Assembly: GCA_963724225.1 (NCBI GenBank)
Contig: CAVRTX010000004.1
Coordinates: 25,000 to 88,999, forward strand
Origin: an uncultured Actinomycetota bacterium
GTDB lineage: Bacteria > Actinomycetota > Actinomycetes > Propionibacteriales > Nocardioidaceae
DNA: 64,000 nucleotides
Direction: 5' to 3'
How positions within the stretch are numbered: the first letter of the stretch is position 1; the number at the start of each line of letters is the position of its first letter. The translations under genes and the position numbers were made by a program. The notes beneath the pieces are model-generated. The model saw only the letters and a list, made by a program, of their open reading frames with translations. It was not told the DNA's origin and searched no databases. Shown here piece after piece: positions 59,863-64,000 of this stretch.

Positions 59863-61197
59863 TCAGTCGCGTACGGCGTCGTCCGGCTCCGCCGCCCGGG
59901 CGTGCACGAACCTGAAGGGCAGCCACCGGTGGCGCCGGCCGGTCCGCTCCTCGAGCTCGGTGGTCAGCTGCTCCACGCGGGTCTCGAGCTGCTGGCACGA
60001 CTCGGTGAGGGCGGCGTTGCGCCGCTCCGCGTCGGCGAGGTCGGCGACGAGCTGGCCGGTGCGGACCAGCATGTCCGCGATCACGTCGGGCATCCCGTCG
60101 AGCATCTGGGCCTCGGTGGCCTCGTCGGGGTGCGGCACGCCGTCGTCGGCGACCTCGGGCAGCAGCTCGTCGAGGTCCCCGTGGACCCGGAACTCCCCGG
60201 CCCGGATCACCTCGACCCACGCCGACGACACCGCCGCCAGCCGCCGGGCCACGGGGGCGGGCGTGACGGGCTTCGCGGAGCCGCTGACCCCGCCGAGGAG
60301 GGTCTGTGCGAACCACCGCTTGGCCACCCGGGAGTACCACGGCTGCGCGAGTCGCCCGTCGAGCGCACCCACGACCCGGCGCAGGAACGCGATCTGCGCG
60401 GTGCCGAGCGACTCGTTGCGCGGCGGGATCAGGGAGAGGTCGACGGCGTCGTGGGGCAGCTCCACGGCCTCGGCGAAGCGGCGCCACAGCAGGTCGGGGG
60501 CGGTGCCGCTGCGCGGGCAGGTGACGATGTGGATCCGCTCGGCGGGCACCAGCGTCTGCCACCGGTCCAGCAGGTTGCGGAGGTTCTGGGACCGCCAGAA
60601 CCGCCGGGTGTCGACCAGGTCCTCCGGCAGGTGTGACATCAGGTCGTCCACGAAGGCACCGAACGAGCGCGGGTTGCCGTTCTTGACCTGCTCCTGCCAC
60701 TCCGCCGTGGCGGTGCGGCCGAGGTCTCGGACGGTCACCACCAGGTGCACCTCGAAGTCCTCGAGCAGCGGGGCCATGCGGGCGATCTGGTCGCGGGTGG
60801 CCGAGCCGAAGATCTCGTGGCTGATCATCACCGTCCCGCCGAGGCGCCGCCCGCGCCGGAGCAGGTGGGCGAAGGTGCCGCTGATCGCCTCCGGCTCCAG
60901 TCCCCACCGCGAGGGCTGCCCCGCCATCTCGACGGCCGCGTGGAACATCCCCTCCTGGCGTACGTAGGGGTAGATGTGTCCCACCTCGCGCAGCGCCGCG
61001 CGGTTGTTGCCGAGCACGGTCTGCAGGTAGGTCGAGCCGCTCTTGGGGAGCCCGACGTGGAAGAACAGCCGCTGCGGCTCCGGAGGCGGCCCGACCTCCG
61101 CGCCGTCGTCGGTGCGGGCGGTGTGGGGCTCCGTCGGGTCGTCGGCACCGCGCTCGGGTGCCGGTGACCCGAGCGACGGGTCGCTCGCCTCGGTCAC
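59863..61197 (-). CDS. Sulfotransferase-fold protein, paralog 6 (C-terminal coiled coil)
   Basis: FHVGLPKSGST, SHE, AEWQEQVK, NESLG, GDLDEL. Confidence 0.8.
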   Translation of the reverse strand: MTEASDPSLGSPAPERGADDPTEPHTARTDDGAEVGPPPEPQRLFFHVGLPKSGSTYLQTVLGNNRAALREVGHIYPYVRQEGMFHAAVEMAGQPSRWGLEPEAISGTFAHLLRRGRRLGGTVMISHEIFGSATRDQIARMAPLLEDFEVHLVVTVRDLGRTATAEWQEQVKNGNPRSFGAFVDDLMSHLPEDLVDTRRFWRSQNLRNLLDRWQTLVPAERIHIVTCPRSGTAPDLLWRRFAEAVELPHDAVDLSLIPPRNESLGTAQIAFLRRVVGALDGRLAQPWYSRVAKRWFAQTLLGGVSGSAKPVTPAPVARRLAAVSSAWVEVIRAGEFRVHGDLDELLPEVADDGVPHPDEATEAQMLDGMPDVIADMLVRTGQLVADLADAERRNAALTESCQQLETRVEQLTTELEERTGRRHRWLPFRFVHARAAEPDDAVRD

Positions 61198-61235
61198 GCG
61201 CGCCTCCTTCACCACGGTCGACGTCGGGGCACAGC

Positions 61236-62372
61236 CTAGGGCTCGCCGGCCCCCGACCACGAGGCCCCACCTCTGCGGGCGACGGCCCGGCGTACCCGGG
61301 CCAGGAACCCGCCCTCGCGCCGCTGCCTCCCGCGCCGCCTGCGGGCCCGCGCCCGCTGCGCCACGACCTGCACCAGGGCGTCGACCGCGGCGGAGGAGAG
61401 CTCCCCCTCGGAGGGGTCGGTGTCGGCGTCGGCCGCGAACGCGGAGTCGCGGCAGCGCAGGTCGTCGAGGCTGCCCTCCACGTGGTAGCCCGCCTCGGCG
61501 AGCGCGGCCACCTGCGCCTCGGCGACCTCCTCGCACCACGGCCGCAGCCGCTGGGGCACCAGGATCCGGGCGCCGTCCTGCGCGGCGAGGACCTCCGAGG
61601 CGAACCACCGCTTGCCGACGTCGCCGTAGACCTGCCTGCGCCGGAGGTCGTCCGGCAGGCCGAGGTTGACCTGCCGGAGCAGCTCGGCCTGGACCCGGCC
61701 GAGGCTGGTGTTGCTGGCTCCGGGGCCGGGGGCGAGGTCGGCGGAGCGGACGCCGAGCACGCGGCAGTACCGCTCCAGCAGCAGCGTGGGCTCGCTCCCG
61801 GGTGCCGGCACGGTGACGACGTGGATCCGCTCCGGCGGCACGACCTCGGCCCAGCGCGCGAGCACGCCCGGCGGGTCCAGCTGGACCCACGGGTGGCTGC
61901 CCCGGCTGGCCCGCTGACCCTCCTGCAGCCGCTCGAGCCAGCGCTCGTAGGTGACCGTGCGGGCGGCCTTGAGCTCCTGCTGCCACGAGGAGGGCACCTG
62001 CCGCGCGAGGTCGCGCACGGTCAGGACGACGTGGACCTCGCGGTCGCCGCAGGCGTCGACGAGGGCCTTGGCCTGCGCCGGGCGGGACGCCGCCAGCGAC
62101 TCCTGGCTCAGCAGGGCGCGGGTGCCGGGAGCCCGCTCCAGGCTCGCGGCGAACCGGTCGAGCGCCCCGCCGACCGAGGCGGGGTCGCGGTCGGGGTTGT
62201 AGCGCCCGCGCACCAGCAGCATCAGCTCGAACGACTCCCGGCGTCCGGCCGGCACCAGGTCGAGACCCTGCTCCGCGAGGAGGTCCTGGTTGCGGCGCAT
62301 CACGCCCTGCAGGTAGGAGGTCCCGGTCTTCTGCAGTCCGAGGTGGAGGTAGACCTGGCGCGGAGCGGGCAT
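61236..62372 (-). CDS. Sulfotransferase-fold protein, paralog 7
   Basis: LHLGLQKTGTS, SQE, PSSWQQELK, NTSLG. Confidence 0.8.
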   Translation of the reverse strand: MPAPRQVYLHLGLQKTGTSYLQGVMRRNQDLLAEQGLDLVPAGRRESFELMLLVRGRYNPDRDPASVGGALDRFAASLERAPGTRALLSQESLAASRPAQAKALVDACGDREVHVVLTVRDLARQVPSSWQQELKAARTVTYERWLERLQEGQRASRGSHPWVQLDPPGVLARWAEVVPPERIHVVTVPAPGSEPTLLLERYCRVLGVRSADLAPGPGASNTSLGRVQAELLRQVNLGLPDDLRRRQVYGDVGKRWFASEVLAAQDGARILVPQRLRPWCEEVAEAQVAALAEAGYHVEGSLDDLRCRDSAFAADADTDPSEGELSSAAVDALVQVVAQRARARRRRGRQRREGGFLARVRRAVARRGGASWSGAGEP

Positions 62373-62415
62373 GGTCGATTCCTACGCCATCGGGAATCGG
62401 CGCGGCAAACCGGGC

Positions 62416-63783
62416 TCAGGTGAGCGCGGCGAGCATCTCCTCACCCCTGGTCAGGGCGATCTCCCCGGTCCGCACCGTGAGCCGGGTACGCCGCTCCAGC
62501 ATGGACGGGTTGAGGAAGCGGTTGACGTCCATGCGCTTGACGGCCTGCCCGCGCTCGTTGCGCACCAGCAGGAAGCCACGGGCCATGCCCGACTGGCGCC
62601 ACGCCTGGGCGCACTCGTTGCGGCACCGGCGCACCTCGCTCCCCGGAAGCCCCTCGTCGCGGGCGAACCGGGCCAGCTTCCGCTCACGCTCGGTGAGGGT
62701 CTCGCTGCGGGTGATCAGCCGGACCTGCACGCCGCGTGCCACGGCGCCCTTGACCCGCCGGTAGAGCCGGTGCGGGCCGAACCCGGACGTGACGACCTCG
62801 ACCTGGCTGCCGCCCTGGACGCTGCGGAGCTCCTGCCCGATCGCGGCCATCACGCGCCGCTGCGACGCCTGGTCGCCGGCAGGGTCGCTGACGACCTCCT
62901 CGGTCGCGGCCGGCGGGTCGACCTGCCACGCGAACCCGGCCATCACGCCGTCGTGGTCGGAGTTGAGCTCGAACTTGGACTGCTGGTCGGCGGTGAGGAT
63001 CCCCTCGCCGCGGTTGAAGAGGTAGTCGATCGTCGCGCCGCGGTGGTCGCCGGTCGGGAAGTAGCCGCCGAGGGTGTCGTACGTCGGCACCATCCGGGCG
63101 TCGTCGAACAGGTCCCGGGGGTAGCGGCCGCTCGTGTAGTGGACGTTGAAGTCGCCCCCGACCAGCACCGGGCCGCTGGGAGCCAGCTTCTCGACCAGCT
63201 CGCCGACCCGGCGTACGGAGGGGCGCAGCAGGTCGGGCATGTTCCTGTCCAGCGGCGGGACGTGCGCGGCCACGACGGACAGCTGGCGACCCTCGGGCGA
63301 GCGCAGCGTCACCCAGTTGGCGAACCGCAGCCCGAGCCGGATGTTCCGGCCGGGCGGGATCTTGCGGTAGTTGGAGATCCGGAACGTGCCGCTGTCGACC
63401 TCGGTCCAGCGGTCGGTGCGCCACGCGACCGCCGTGGCGGCGGTGTAGCGGTTGGCCTTGCTGCGCTGCACGTCGTAGCCGCTGGGGGCGATGACCGAGT
63501 CCTGGCGCAGCGGCACCTCGTTGTAGGTGATGAGGTCCGGCTTCTTGGCGAGCACGGTCCGGACGTCGGCCTGGAACCGCTCCGTCGAGAGCTGCGACAG
63601 GATGTTGGCGTGCACCATCGTGACGTCGCTCTTCGTCGTCGTCGTGCCGGTGGCGCTCTCGGTCGCCTGGGCGGTCGGCAGCGGGGCGACCGTGACCGCC
63701 AGTGCACCGGCCACCAGGGCACCGACGACCCGACCGGGTCGCATCGGGCGTCGCGTGCGCCGGGCGGGCACAGTCGTCGGCAT
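62416..63783 (-). CDS. Secreted endonuclease/exonuclease/phosphatase (EEP) domain protein with extra C-terminal domain
   Basis: Signal peptide ending AQA; HANI, YNEV, GGDFN, IDYLF, SDH motifs. GAGGAG RBS. Confidence 0.82.
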   Translation of the reverse strand: MPTTVPARRTRRPMRPGRVVGALVAGALAVTVAPLPTAQATESATGTTTTKSDVTMVHANILSQLSTERFQADVRTVLAKKPDLITYNEVPLRQDSVIAPSGYDVQRSKANRYTAATAVAWRTDRWTEVDSGTFRISNYRKIPPGRNIRLGLRFANWVTLRSPEGRQLSVVAAHVPPLDRNMPDLLRPSVRRVGELVEKLAPSGPVLVGGDFNVHYTSGRYPRDLFDDARMVPTYDTLGGYFPTGDHRGATIDYLFNRGEGILTADQQSKFELNSDHDGVMAGFAWQVDPPAATEEVVSDPAGDQASQRRVMAAIGQELRSVQGGSQVEVVTSGFGPHRLYRRVKGAVARGVQVRLITRSETLTERERKLARFARDEGLPGSEVRRCRNECAQAWRQSGMARGFLLVRNERGQAVKRMDVNRFLNPSMLERRTRLTVRTGEIALTRGEEMLAALT

Positions 63784-64000
63784 CGGGGGGCTCCTCGGGT
63801 GGTGCTGGGGGCAGGACCCGGGGGTCCGGGCCGAAATCACAGGAATCACACCACCCCCAAAAGTCACACGCAACCGGTTCTCGTGAACTACAGACCTGTA
63901 GTTCGCGGAGGGGTCGTCGGCGCCCCTGCGGTGGCGCCCGGCAGACCTTGGTAGGGGTGTCCGCCCAGGGTCAGCCCGAGGCGTCCGCGGGGGCGTCCGC

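Overview
High-GC actinobacterial chromosome segment, probably Nocardioidaceae (inferred from gene content and repeat style). The core backbone (nudC, adnAB, ATL/MGMT-like, moeZ, TetR, DUF3107, ferritin-like, DEAD-box helicase, ParA, histidine phosphatase) follows the order I recall from mycobacteria and streptomycetes. Two accessory systems stand out. (1) A dispersed oxidative pyrimidine-catabolism regulon at 11.5-35.5 kb: NCS2 permease, three-subunit Mo-hydroxylase plus CoxG, amidase, barbiturase, carbamate kinase, hydantoinase A/B, a PucR regulator and a DUF2877-FdrA-DUF1116 (AllH/AllF/AllG-like) trio. Four of its promoters share tandem TTGGCA-N5-TGCCAA-like sites 32-33 bp apart. This suggests an ATP-yielding carbamoyl-transfer route for ureidomalonate. 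(2) Nine sulfotransferase-fold genes with a GT4 glycosyltransferase at 43-62 kb. Also present: a candidate ~245-nt structured ncRNA next to a DnaA-box-like cluster, REP-like repeats (one inside a CDS), many apparently leaderless genes, and four single-base frameshifts that may be sequencing errors. Start codons were refined by eye. No database searches were run.
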